Shown here piece by piece: positions 41,433-54,687 of a DNA stretch of 64,000 nt. The position numbers were made by a program, and so were the translations under genes. Numbering within the stretch: position 1 is the first letter of the stretch; each line of letters starts with the position of its first letter. Source of the DNA: the human T2T-CHM13v2.0 reference genome, Homo sapiens; assembly GCF_009914755.1 (NCBI RefSeq), contig NC_060925.1; one strand, given 5' to 3'. Under the pieces are notes generated by a model, which searched no databases, was not told the origin of the DNA, and was given only the letters and a program-made list of their open reading frames with translations.

Positions 41433-44400
41433 CTAATATATTATAGAATTTTTTTCTATCTATTGTCTGTTTATAATATGCTCTGGTATTAAAATGCTTA
41501 TTTTCATCTGTTTACAGCTCAAGTTAATATTTTGTCACTTTATGTAAAATGTTAAAACCTTGTAACCACAAGGGTCTACTTATTTTTTTCTTATTATTAA
41601 TGGGATAGTTGTCATATTTATTATATCCGTAAGACAATGTTATAATTTTAGCCTTGAATAATTCTTTGTACTTCAGATCTTTTGGAAGATAAAGTTGCAT
41701 CTTTAATTTTTTCCCAGATATTTATCATTTTTAATATTCTTTCTTCTTTCCTGAAGATCCGTGATTCCATTTGGTATCACTTTTAGCCTGAAAAACACCC
41801 TTTAGCATTTTTATAGTGCCATTGTATTAGCAATAAAATCTCTCAATTTTTCATCTTTAAAAATTGTCATTATTTTATCTTCATTCAAGAAGGATATTTT
41901 CACTGGTTATAAAATTTGAGGTCAAAGGTATATTCTCTCAGTACTTAAAGATATTAGTTCTCTTTTTTGCTTCTGCAGTCTCTTCTATGGCCACTTTAAT
42001 ATTTTCTTACTTTATGTGACATTCATTTTTCTCTAGGTTCTTTCAAGTTTTCTTTATATCCATAGTTTTAGTGGTTTAACTATAACGTATCCTGGCATAA
42101 TTTTCTGTGTATTCTGTTTGAAGTTCACTAAGATTTTAAAATCTGTAATTTTATATGTTTCACTCAAATTGGGAAGTTTTTGTCATTATTGCTTCAAAAT
42201 CTTTTTCTACTCCTTTCTGGCCCTATTTCCTTTTGAGATTCCAATTACCTTTTTGTTTGTTCCATTTCTTTAAATTTTCTTATAAGTAATAAGGGTATAC
42301 ATTTTCCCTCTCATCTCCAGATTACATAATTTCCATTTATCTATCTTCAGTTTTGATTATTATTTACTCTTTCATCTCCATTCTGCTATTAAGCCTATAT
42401 AGTGAATTATCTTATTTCATATATTTTCAATTATAAAATTTTCTTTCTCTATAATGCCATTTTCTGTTGAGATTTCTTATCTTTTCATTCATTATAAATA
42501 AGTTTTCTTTAGAGTCATTGATCAGTTCATACTCTCTGCTTTGCAGATTTTGCCTGAGATTTCTAATATCTGAGTCACCTCTACATTGCTATCCATTGTC
42601 TTTTTCTTTGAGAATGGGTCATGTTTTGTCTCTTCATATGTCAAGTAATTTTGGATGGCATTTTGCTTATTTTTAGTGTTCCATTGTTCAGACTGTAATT
42701 ATTTTATATATTGCAGAAATAATTTTAAGTGTTTGTTTTAGTGTGCATTGAACTTCATTAAAATAGAGCTATCCAGTCTGTGGTGAGTTGTGACTCGGAT
42801 GACTTTTCAAACTGCTTCAAGTTTGCTCTGCATATATTTCAAGTTTGCTCTGCTGAGCCATCAATCAGTAACTGGAGCAGAGTTACTGCACAAATAACTA
42901 TGGGTTCCCTTCTATGGCTCTCTCCTTTCTAGGGCTCCTCCTCATTCTCTTATTACCCTGTTTGCCCCAGGATCCTTTCCTTGGTTTTTCCAACCAGACA
43001 TAAATTAAACTTTCTCTTTTAATTTTAGCTATCCAATGCTGCTGATCATTGCTGATGCTCTAAGCTCAAAGCAACATACAGAAAACTTAGTTTTTACAGG
43101 TCACTTCTTCAAAGTTTTAAATTCCTACTAAAATCTTCCTGCTTTGTTTCCCTTCCAGAATTCTCAGATTTTTTTTTTTTTTTTCAGGACTAATCGTTTT
43201 ATCTTCAGGAGGGCCAGCTTATTAGGTGCTTACTTTTCCATGAGAAGAACAACTGTAAACCCATGGATGTCACAATTTTGGAAGTATTAAAAGAAAGAAA
43301 ACAATGTTAAACAAGGTAATAATAATAGTTATAATAATAATAATACCACTTATGCCATGTAGAAAAATTTCAGAAAGCCTATAAAAGCATCTACACTATT
43401 CACTTGATCATCTTTTTCTTTTATTTTGAATAGATTACATTTACATTTCTGCTGTGATTGTTTTCCTGTACACAGAAAGGAATTCTTTTGTTTTTTCAAT
43501 TGACATACTATCTTTGTTTTATCCTGACTTCATATGTCTAGCAACTGTACTTTTTTCTACACTGCACTGGTTCAACTGCTCAGTGTTTTGACAGTCATTT
43601 TCTTAACAATATCAAAATTATGCAAAGACAACTGTAATACCTGATTATACTTATTTTATTATAAATAAAATAAATATTAATAAGTATGACTCATTTATAT
43701 TATGCAATATAAATATATACTCATTTATACTTATATTAATAAGTATGTTTATTAAATTACGGCTCATTTATAAAGAAGGAATAAGAGCCTTTTGCTAATA
43801 TTCTAATGAAAATGGTTTTCCTTTAACCCCCACACTATCTTTCTGAATTTCCCAAACTGATTTGTCAAAAGTGTTAGTTTTGAAGCAGACTCATTTGATT
43901 TCATATTTCAACTTCCTTCCTCACCAGTTGTGCAATATTTTGAAAATTAGCTTCTAAAACACTTTCAATTATCTTTCCCCAAAGAACCATACCTTAAAAA
44001 CAAAGCATTGTGTTACAACAGAGTTTATTTAAAATGAATATCATAATTTTGCTTTAAAAATGAATAACAAGTGAAAATGATGTAGAAATACACTATTCAT
44101 CAAAATCTGATTTATTTGTGGAACTATTTTAAATTATAGATAAGCCACATATTGTACATATAGCTTTCTCTTTTGCTGAAAAGGTATAATGCATATTTTA
44201 TTACAGTCATTCTTTAACATATTTCATACCTTAATAAGAATCATATTAATTTAACTACACAATTAATTGAGAAAAAAATAATCTGAATGCCAATGTTCAG
44301 ATTAATCTGTTACTTGGATTTGAAGATGAGTACCTTTAGCAGCTAAGCACAGGATTTTCAATGGCAGTTATTTAAATCTCATAAAGGATGAAGACACTTC

Positions 44401-44984
44401 TTTATTATGTTTAATAAAGGTCAATGTTTCCTCAGTGGTATTTGGTAAATTTTTGTATATTTGCAAATAACATTAAGTATTTTTCGAGAATAAATTTGTA
44501 GATTCAATTTTGTTACGACTTTTATTGTGTATACTTATATGTACATTAAAGAAACAGAATTAATTACCCAAATAAGTTTCTATGTTATTTGTCATGCAAA
44601 ACGAAAGCAAATGTCAGTTATTCAGTCTAAATAAAACAAAGTTTTCAAAAGAAGAAATATATTTTACTAATACAAAAAGATTGCTTAATTAAGTCTTTGT
44701 CAATATACCATAAATTTTTCAGTGAAAGAGTATGTTTTCTTATGACATTTATTTGAGTTATATTTTTAAAAAATCTTGAAATATATGTGGATGAAGCAGA
44801 GGAGAATAAAATGCAATGTTTTGGAAAACATCAGCTAGTAAATTGCTTTGTATATTTATATTGGTGAGTAACCTACAATCTGATAAAAATTATTTTTTCT
44901 CTAATAATCCCATGGGCGGTCAAATATCAATAATTCTTCATTCTAAACTTTTGAAAACTTTTTTTATTTCTTGAGCTTTTGGGA

Positions 44985-45135
44985 ACCAACTCATCCTGCA
45001 TCATCGGCTTCTGTTGTCTCTTGCTGCTTATCTGTAAGTAATAAACCTGCTTCGTGTGACTTGTGTATATGTGGTGTTTTGCCTCACTGGACTTAGGACA
45101 GGTTGGTAACCAGTGCACAGTAAGCCTGCTTCACA
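44985..45135 (+). mobile_element. ERVL LTR 3' end (MER54/MER74-like)
   Basis: gtaagtaataaacctgcttc...ggttggtaaccagtgcacagtaagcctgcttcaca. Confidence 0.6.
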
Positions 45136-45403
45136 GTCATAACATGTTGGTAAATATTTGTTCTATCTTTGTGTTGTGTGTATGCAATTGCTTTTACAAA
45201 ATATCATTTTATAGTTTTATTTTTCAACTTAATAGAATATTGTAAATAGTTTATCATGCAATTATTATTCTAAAACACTACATTTAATGACTGAATAGTC
45301 ATATATTTTGGAATATATCACAGTTCACTTTTACCGATATTTATATTGAGTATTTTTCATTTTTCATTTTTCTTTTTTTTTTTCTTTTATAAAGAGCACT
45401 GGT

Positions 45404-45547
45404 GGCCAGGCACGGTGGCTCATGCCTATAACCTTGGCACTTTGGGAGGCCTAGGTGGGAGGATCACTTGAGTCCAGGACCTAAAGACAAGCCTGGGCAA
45501 CATGGCAAGACCCCATCTCTACAAATATTTTTTAAAAAATTAAAAGC
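45404..45547 (+). mobile_element. FLAM_C / free left Alu monomer
   Basis: Single monomer ggccaggcacggtggctcatgcc...gaccccatctctac; TSD-like aaagagcactg / aaagagatcactg. Confidence 0.85.
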
Positions 45548-46104
45548 AAAGAGATCACTGCTACAAGCTTCCTAATAAAGAGGGGCAAAATTAAAATTTT
45601 TAAACAATTAACCTGCATGTAACAAGCGAAACAAATGCCTGGATAATAGGAATAGGTGATGCTTTTCCATAATTGCTGTGGCTGTGTTAGCATATCCTGG
45701 ACAAATATACCATTACTTTTTTGTGCTTATTTCCATATGTTTTAGCAAAAAATGTGTTTCTTGTATTTTAATTTGTTTTATTTTATCATTAATGACTGAA
45801 CATTGTTTATATGTTTGTTAGACATTTGTATATATTTTTTGAGAATTGCCTGTTATCTTTTCACTTTTTTGAGAATGTTTTATTTTTAAATTTTAAAATA
45901 ATTCTTCATGTATTAAGAGCACTATGTTTTATAATTCAGATTAAATATTTTCCTTAATAGTTTTATTTCTGGTGTTTTTGAAATTAAGAACAAGTTTTTA
46001 AATGTTACTCAATTTATCAATCTGTTTTCTTCTCACTCCTTAGAGTATATAAATACTCTACTTTCCTCAACTACTTTTGTTCTTTCCCCCCACTTAAAAA
46101 ATAT

Positions 46105-46615
46105 TTTTTGTAGTATGAATACTCAATATGAGATTTACCCTTTTAACAAATTATAAGTATACAAAATATTATTTTTAACTATGGGTAAAATGTTATATAA
46201 CTGATGTTTAAAGCTTATTCATATTGCTTAATGGTAACTTTATCCCCTTTGAAAGTATCTCCCTATTTCTCCCTTCCTCAACGCCTGAAAACCTCCATTT
46301 CACTCTTTGGTTCTGTGAATTTGGTTATTTTAGATACATCATAAAAGTGGAATCACGCAGTACACGTATTTGTCTTTCTGCAGCATGGTCAGCATCATCT
46401 CACTTAGCATAAAGTCCTCAAGGTTCATCCAGACCATCTCGTATTACAGGATTGCCTTCTTTAAAGGCTGAATAGTATTCTATTATATGTATATACTACA
46501 TTTTCTTTACCTATTCATCTGTCAGAAGACATTTAGTATGTTTCCCATCTTGGCTATTGCGAATAATGGCTCAGTGAATGTGGGAGTGCATATATCCATT
46601 TGGGATCCTGATCTT
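46105..46615 (-). mobile_element. L1MB1/L1MA9-like 3' end
   Basis: tatgagatttacccttttaacaaattataagtatacaa...ttaaaggctgaatagtattctatt. Confidence 0.8.
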
Positions 46616-46684
46616 TGAGATCACTCTCTCCCTCCTGCACACACATTTTAAATCTACAGTTTATGTAGAATTAATGCTACACAC

Positions 46685-47015
46685 ACTCTAGCCCAAATCC
46701 TCATTACCTCTTACTTTCAACTTCTCTCTTTTATCCCCTATAATCCAATCTCCATGTAGCAATTAGAGTGCTTTTTCTAAAACTAAAGTATAGGTTACAT
46801 CACTCCTCCATTTAAAATTTTTTCAATAGATCCTTATCACACTTAGAATAAAACCAATGTTCTTTACAATGCAATGGCTTACACAGCCCTAGGTGATCTT
46901 GCCCCACCTATCTCCGCGAACTATTTTAGCTCAACTCCTACCTTCTCCTTATTGCCATCTGCAGCCATACTGGTCTTCTTTCTGTTCTTTATATGACAAC
47001 TTGTTGCCACCTTAG
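46685..47015 (+). mobile_element. L2 fragment
   Basis: atccaatctccatgtagcaattagagtgctttttctaaaac...cacacttagaataaaacc. Confidence 0.65.
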
Positions 47016-47019
47016 GGTA

Positions 47020-47420
47020 GTAATGTGGGAGGAAGGATATGGGTTCAGGAAGTCTTGGGTTGAAATACCTGGCACAGATTAGCTGGTTGATCAATTGGGA
47101 AGGCTGTGAGACAAAGAAAATAAGAGTTCAGAGATCTTTGGTTTGAAAAATTTGCTGTATATAAAAGCCACTTATTTATAAGAGAAACATAATTAAAGAA
47201 GCAGATTTGGAAACAGAGAAATAAAATATCTTTCTATGTTGTTAAATTCATAATATGTATTTAAGATTCAATTTAAGATGCCAAGGTTATTGACTATCAA
47301 CAGCATAAAGTGCTGTTAAAGTAAAAGGGCCGGGAATATAGATTTATGAGTTATTGACATGTAGAAGATATTTAAAGCCTCGGGGATCAATGAGATTTTT
47401 GAGGAAGGCATGAGGCTATC
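47020..47420 (-). mobile_element. L2 fragment
   Basis: Purine-rich antisense L2 (atatagatttatgagttattgacatgtagaagatatttaaagcc). Confidence 0.5.
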
Positions 47421-49099
47421 AGTGAATGTAATCTACATCCTATATTCTTTTCCCCATTATGTACAAATTTTTGTTAGCAGAATCATTTGTATATTGTCAG
47501 AGAGCATACAATAATTTTATTCTATTCTGTCCTTCCTACTTATTGTTACCTTTCTTTTCATTTTAAATCTATAGTTAAACATATTCAACATTGCCAATTT
47601 TCTATTTGTTTTTTGATTGGCTACAGTTCATCTTCTACTCATCTATCTTCTCATATAAACAGTAGTCTGAGTTCTTTCATGTTTAAATCTATGTCTGAAA
47701 ACTTTATGTTTAATAGGTTTTGTTCACTTTATTTTGGAAATAAATGTTTCTGTGGAGACATTTGACTCCCAAAATATTTTCTTTACTTCTTCTTTTTGTC
47801 TGGCTCCTCTGGGATTCTTTTTTCTCCTGTGTATTTCAATAACTGTGATATGTGTTGACTATCAAATTTCTCTGAGTTCATGTTGAACAATATGTAGGTT
47901 GAAGTCTCAATATTTTTAGTCAATTTTTTTTCTTTTTTTTTTTAATTTTTGTTCTGCTTATTGTTTTTGTATTCCTCTCTAGGGGCAAAATGTTGTGTCT
48001 ATTGGCATTTCATTGTCATTTTCTATTTTGATTATTTTCTAGTTCTTTTAGCCTATTATTTTAATCATTTCTTTATTAATAAATTTTAAGTTTCCCAATG
48101 TGCCTTAAACTATATGTGTTCTGTTATTTGTTCCTTCTAATTTAATTTTTATTTCAATAATATGTTTTTCTTATGAGTTTTGTAGTTTCCATGTCATCTT
48201 CTTCTCTTGTCTGGCTCTCACTTCCTAGTAGATGTCTATCTATTCCATAAGTATTTGTATGTCTGTTTTGTGGTCTACCCTTATAACTGGAATTACTTTA
48301 TTAGATGCTTTTTAAATAAGTTCATAATGAAGTACTTGGCTATATTTTTCATTTGACAATTAAAAGTTATATCAAAAATTTAATAAATAGAAAAATTATT
48401 TAGAGGAGAGATCTAGGGAAAAAAGAGACCAAGGGAAAAGTAGTATGACATCAAAAGGCAGAATTTCAAGGGCAATAACACATTTAAGAATGAATGCTGT
48501 TATTACTATTTCATACACTATTTCCCTTCATTGTAATTATGTTCAGTGTAGAACATTGTAGTAATCTGAAGGATGATACTGGACATACTTTAAAAATGGA
48601 ATCAGTTGCGTTAAAATACATTTAGAGATATTATGAAAATGTAGATAAAAGCTACTTAATGGAAGCTCACTAGACTTTAACCCAATGATCTTCATGTACT
48701 ATGATATTAAACTGTTTTTTGTTAATAAAATACAACTCTAGCATATAAATTGAATTTATTATGTGGTACTATTACACAATATCTTTAATTTGCAGCTGAG
48801 ATTTGAAAGACAAGAGCTAAAACTTAGAGTTCAAATGTTATCTATTTTTCTAAAAGAAATTATAATAAATTTGAGTTTATAAAATATTAAGATTCATTGT
48901 CTTCCAGCTTTAGAAAGAAGTTAATGAATATAGCACATTCACAAAATATTTTTCCTAAAAATTATTTAGTCAACAGTTAACATTTATCCATGAATAATTT
49001 GGATTATATAGGAAAACAAGTATAACTCTGGGGAAAGCATAGATCAAATCAGAAAAGTGAAAATATCTCAAATATTCTTAATGAAGAGGCAATTTAATA

Positions 49100-50800
49100 A
49101 GACATGTCTGTTGAGTAATTTTTGTCTGACAGATATTGGTTTAATGCTGAAAAAAACAGCAGCCTTCGTCTTTGCCTTCATGGAGAGTGCCATCCATGGG
49201 TGATCACAGGAAAGCACAGTGTGTTAAGGGTCAATTAGGTCAATGGGGGAGTATTTCAGAAGCATAAGGAATGCTTCTGAGAATGCCTAGATTCCTAGTG
49301 ATATGTAAGCTTAGACCTAAATAATTAATATATAAAATTAATCTATGAAAGGGGTAAAGTAAATGTGCAGAAGTAAATTTTAGAAGGTACAAATTATTAC
49401 AGATTGGAGGGAGAGGTATATGCAAAGTCCTGGAGGTTAGAGAAGTAATGGTTATGAGTCACTGGATGGATCATGGAGATCAAGAAACCTGCTGAAGAGC
49501 TGGCGCAGGTAGAGTGAGCAGTAATGACAGATGAATCTGGAAAGGAATTTGGAGACAGTTTATGAAAAGTATTGTATTAAGAAGACTGGTTCTCATCCTA
49601 AATGAAATCATAAATCATTGAAAGTATAAGCACAGGGCAATCTATAGTCACAGTTGATATCAGAGGTGAGTAAACATGGAGAGAGGGAGTCAAGAATTCC
49701 TCACAATAACGAATGATGTGTTGAAGTAGTAAGATGGCAATGAAAATAGAGAAAACAGGATACATTCTAAAGATATAGTTATGAAATGTGCTTAGTGATT
49801 GATTATTTGTTCTGAATGGTGAGGAAAAAGAATGAGAACTTACTTATTGGTTTTAAAAGTTCAGTAAATGGGGCATGGGGCGGAGGAGGGAGAGCATTAG
49901 AAAACATAACTAATGCATGCTGAGCTTAATACTTAGGTGATGGGTTCATAGGTGCAGCAAAAAACCATGATACACATTTACCTATGTAACAAATCTGCAC
50001 ATCCTGCATAGGTATCCCAGAACTTAAAGTAAAAATAAAAATAAATAATGAAAGTTCAGTAAATGGACAGCTGTGCTCATTCACTGAAATAAAAAGCTGT
50101 TTCGAAGAAGTTGGTTCAGACCCACTGAACTGTAGATCTCTGTGTACATTTAGTTCTGGATTCAGTTCCATATGAGGATCTGGACCTCAGAAGAGCAGTT
50201 TGTCAAGAGATACAAATTTAAGAGCCATTGGTTTCCATATCAGTGTTTCTTAAAATGTTGTGTTCCATTAGTATAACATAGGCTTTTTGTCAAAAATGCA
50301 CATTTCATGGCCATCTTTCAGGGTTTTAACAGGTTACAGTATATAATTTGCACTTTAAATGGTGATTTCATAACTATTTCACCTACACATATTTGAGAAC
50401 TACAATATGAAAAATAATTGAAGACAAGGAGTAGGTGAGATGACTAGAAGCACAGATAGTTAGTGGAGAAGACAGTGACTAGAACAGAGACATTCGCCAC
50501 CCACAGTGGGGTAGGTATTTGAGGAAAATCTTGCAAAGGAGATTCAGTGAAGGGGGAGAGAGCCAAGGAAAATAGAGTAGGGCTTTATTAAAACTATGGA
50601 AAGATAGTAGTACTTCCAGAAGAAAGAGACTGTGGTAAGTAGTGTCAAATCTTGTTCCAAGATCTAGTAAAATGAGGAGTAGAAATTATTCATCATAAAA
50701 TTTGCAAAAAGTAGGTTGTTAGAGCAGTGTCCCCAGGGGGAAGAGAGTTGTTGGCAGATTGCGCTGGTAGAGGAGGTGAGAGTTAGAAAGAGTGTATATA
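49100..50800 (-). mobile_element. Fragmented L2 (host of the L1PA insertion)
   Basis: Antisense L2 motifs (agatacaaatttaagagccattgg; gtgtcaaatcttgttccaagatctagtaaaatgagg). Confidence 0.55.
49872..50050 (+). mobile_element. 5'-truncated L1PA (PA8-PA13-like) 3' end
   Basis: taatgcatgctgagcttaatacttaggtgatggg...aacttaaagtaaaaataaaa; perfect 16-bp TSD aaagttcagtaaatgg (49856-49871, 50051-50066). Confidence 0.93.
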
Positions 50801-50803
50801 GGC

Positions 50804-51135
50804 CAGGTTTTGACTAACTATAGTGTACAAGCTAAATCTGGCCTGGAATCTGTTCTTACACAGCTTGGAAAGTAAAAATGGTATTTATATTTTTAAGGAT
50901 TGAAACAAATCAAAGAAAAAATAACGCCTTGTAAAACAGGAAAATTTTATTAAGTTCTAGCATTAGTATCCATAAATAAAGTTTTATCAAAAGCCAGCTG
51001 CACTCATTTGATTATCAACTGTCTTACTTTCACCTTACAACAGTAGAGAGAAGTGGCTGCAGCAACAATCACATGTTTCACAAAGCCTAATATATTGACA
51101 TGCTGGCTCTTTATGAGAAGGTTTGCCAATCCCTG
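50804..51135 (+). mobile_element. MER58B (hAT-Charlie)
   Basis: caggttttgactaactatag...ccataaataaagttttat...gaaggtttgccaatccctg. Confidence 0.8.
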
Positions 51136-51865
51136 GTAAAGACAATTATTTTACAACTTTGTGAAGACAGGAGAGAGAGAAACAGTTTTGAATGGAATTT
51201 GGGAGAATGAGATTTTAATTTTAATAAAAACCATGAAATTTTAAAATATTGTTAGAAAAGAACCAGAGAAAAAACAAAAGGATACAGTTTAAAAGATGAG
51301 CTAATAAGGAGGTAAAGCACTCAGAATAGATGAGAGAGAAGCATATAAATAAGAGGTGGTGCATCTCTCCTTTTGAATTTTGGTGGGAGAACCGAACAGA
51401 CAGTGAATGCAGAAGCCGGTAATTTTAGAGATTTGGTAGCAGAAATAAACTTCTGTTTGATAGATATTTTAGATATGAATGTGGAGGAAGGTATGTCCAC
51501 TCTAAATTATCCTTTTGACTTTTTTTTGTAACAAAACAGGACACTGAAATGTTAATAGAGTCACGATCCCATTCAAATAGTAAAATTATGTCATGATAAA
51601 AAAAATTTACAGCTGGAAAATTAATTTCCCAAATTTCTAATTTGTTTTAGTACAAGTATTTTAGAAGCAGAATATTTCATAGCCTGGACTTTCTGGTTGC
51701 ATTTTTCTATCAGTAGCACAACACTAGAAAATATTTTAGGTAGCATTTAAAAATTTGAAATGATACAAATGCCTTCTATGTTTTCTCAGTTCACTGATTC
51801 AGTGACTGCATATTTCCTTTGCAGCACTCGTTACTGAAATCCTTACCTCAAATTTTCTTTTACAG

Positions 51866-53711
51866 TCAATATTTTTGTGTAAAGAAAGTTTTAGGTTTTC
51901 ACTCATTGCCCATTTATTTTACATCATATTTAATTAAGAATTCTACTACAATGAATTTTTTAAAATGACATCTCCTGCACATCTTTTGGTAAGGTAAAAT
52001 AATACAATTTTATAAGCTTTTAAGAAATTGTTTTTAGTGGTTATTAAAAAAAAGTCTAGCCCACTCAACACCTGCCACTTGAAATTGTAGAGTTTAAAAT
52101 AATTATTATTTTTTAAAATAAATAATACACAGTGAAGTGCTGACCACTTTAGTAGTATTTGAATTTAATGATTGATATAATTTTTAGGCCATTTGTTAAT
52201 CTTATTGTGAATACTTAATCATATTACACATTAGGCGATTCTCTGGGCATAGATTTGCAGATACTTAGTTTCTGATATATGTATCAGAAACTAAATACAT
52301 ATACATAAAATATCAGAAAATATGTATATCAGAAAAATATATATAGTTATTCAGTTCTTCCTTTTTGTTCCTTCAGCTAACACCTTGAAAATACATGTGT
52401 TCAATTTAACTGTTTTTCATGAACAGGAATGTAGTATTTTCTGAAATGGTAGCTACAATATTTTCATTGCTATTCAATGTCATCGAATTCAGTCATCTTA
52501 AGGAAGATTCACACAGGAGCTATCATGAAATGCCCCCCAATAAATAAAAATTTACAGGTTGGGATAGATTCTTAGGTTTTTTTGACTTTTGAGGGAAATT
52601 ATGTTTTAAAAATAAATATATGCACTGAAAAGTATTTTATAGTCAGATGTATAAGGAGTAATTTTTAGAAGAAATGAAAACTAGAATTTAACTGAAGTAT
52701 AAGTGAACTCTCATACAATAATGATTTCAAATTCATATCTCTGTTTCATGAACTGGAAATACTGTTTTACCCTGTTTTATTTAGAAGACTGTGTTAGATT
52801 GGTTTTAATGAGGAGCAGAAGCCAAAATGGAATTATACCTGTAAAAAAAAATTGTTGGGGGAAAAAAACTGTGAAGGATAAAGTGAGAGAGACCATGATT
52901 TAAGTGTGACACCTGTGGAAGGGAACAGGAAAGAATTGGATAGAAAGAATATGAAACCACATTATATTTCTATATTAGTTTGCTAGGGCTGCCATAACAA
53001 AGTACCACAGACCTGGTGGCTTAAAGAACAAAAATTTGTTTCCTCACAGCTTTGGAGGCAAACTTTAGTTTTAGTGATCATTTTAAACTCAAGTTTTAAC
53101 AACCTTGTGGTAAACTATTTTTTCAAAATGAAAATTTCCATCAAAATCGTGTATTTTTTCAGAAACTTTCATTTATGAGTCAGAATATAACTAGTAAAGA
53201 GAGTACAATGAAGTATTTGACAAAATGATTTTGTTTAATTAATATTTTTAGTTAACTCATCAGTTAACTAAATACTTCAGATTTTTGCATCTGAAGTATT
53301 TTGTTAATCTGCCAGTGAGTTTTTAAAAATCCGTCAAGCACAGTGAAATTCACTGAACTATCTGATATAACAAACCTTTTAATAACAAACCTTTTAAAAA
53401 TATCTCTTTTCTTTTGCCACAATATTTACTGATCTTAGTTTTATTCTGAATTCTTTTGAAACTAATACCTAACAGGGTAATTAAATGCATAACATAAATT
53501 TAAATTCTAGCAAAACTCAATCAGTTATGGTTTAACAATATTTATCTTTAAATAAAATCCTTAAAACTTGGCCTTCTATCCAGAGACGGTATTACATTTA
53601 AAGGAAGATTTGTAGAAGTTTAGATAAATGCTTGTAACAACCAGTGAAGTAAAGAGGATGACTAGCTGCCTGTATCTCTAAAAACTTCTCAGTGTGATAT
53701 TCTTGAACTTG
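51866..53711 (+). pseudogene. Three phase-compatible candidate fossil exons (51866-51988, 52377-52557, 53584-53711)
   Basis: Polypyrimidine-AG acceptors and GT donors; phases 0-0, 0-1, 1-0; 1, 3 and 3 in-frame stops. Confidence 0.3.
52971..53062 (-). mobile_element. MLT1 LTR fragment
   Basis: tatattagtttgctagggctgccataacaaagtaccacagacctggtggcttaaa. Confidence 0.8.
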
Positions 53712-54395
53712 GTAATGAATATGCTCCCAAATCGAGGAAGGTTCAGAAGCCTGACTCGGGTTACTCATACTGGATCCAGTGATAGTCAGTGAAGTGTCAC
53801 ATTCATTCTTCTGAGCCCTGGGAATATGCTACTAAACAAGGACAAAACCAAAACAATGGACATCAAAAACAAAAACAGAGCAAAACAAAAAGAAGTGGGG
53901 GAAGACAGGTAAATAATCATAAATTTTGACAAGTACTGTGTTAAAAATATTAGGCAGGGTTTGGAGGATATGACATGCATTAAGATAGTTGTTGTTTTAT
54001 GTTTGATGAGGAAACTCTCATTGTTATAGCTATTTTTTAGACGTAAGCCAAATGGAAGTCTTGGAGAACATTCTACATAGAAAGACTATGAAGAATTCAG
54101 AGAGAATGAGACCAGATCATAGAGGTCCCTATAAGCTATTGTTATGATTGCCTTTTACTGTGAGTGAGAAAGAAAACACTGTGTGGCCATGTTAATAATA
54201 TTCAATATTGAAAAATAATGAGAGAACTCTTAGGTGATTGGTTTTATTTTTTTCATGAAGTTTTGCAACTGAGAACTTTGATATAGTTGTGAAGCAAGAT
54301 CATCATCTGGGGATAGAAAGTTCAGTAGAAGGAAGAAGAAAGGAAGAGAAGTGATGAAATATCAGTTTTAAAACATAGAGCCAGAACAGAACAGC

Positions 54396-54427
54396 TGTGT
54401 GTATACGTGTGTGTGTGTGTGTGTGTA
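54396..54427. repeat. (TG)n microsatellite
   Basis: Read directly from sequence. Confidence 0.9.
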
Positions 54428-54687
54428 CACTCCTGATCGGAGTGTATTTTAACCATTGTGATAGTTTCTTATCCATGATAAAAATGACATTGTAGAATAA
54501 GAAAATGTTTCACTTCTATTTGATAATCGAGTGTTTGAGCCACATATCAGGATTCACCACTAGTTTTGACAGGTTTTGACGGGCTTTTGGGAATGTCAGC
54601 AAGTTGTGATTCTAATGAAGAATTCTGAACATGAATCAAAAACCTACAGAGCTTTCTCACATGATGAAGAAAAAATATTCAATGAGA

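Larger units (their letters stand above)
40141..43260 (-). mobile_element. L1ME-type LINE-1, continuation (ORF2 5' part, ORF1, 5' region)
   Basis: T-rich degraded antisense L1 (tcattcaagaaggatattttcactggttataaaattt; cactcaaattgggaagtttttgtcattatt). Confidence 0.7.

Noticed and set aside
42817-42853. Short local duplications (ttcaagtttgctctgc twice; similar at ~3602-3660, ~37457-37495, ~53370-53395, ~60530-60600)
   Set aside because: Ordinary replication-slippage duplications with only two copies; no spacer-repeat (CRISPR-like) architecture
43925-43992. Minus-strand exon-like segment (tttgtttttaag...CTG|gtgagg)
   Set aside because: Isolated with no partners; shows that exon-like patterns arise by chance here, which tempers the plus-strand fossil-gene hypothesis
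46685-47420. Abutting opposite-strand L2 fragments as a possible miR-28/151-type hairpin
   Set aside because: The pieces come from different parts of L2 and no complementary stem is visible
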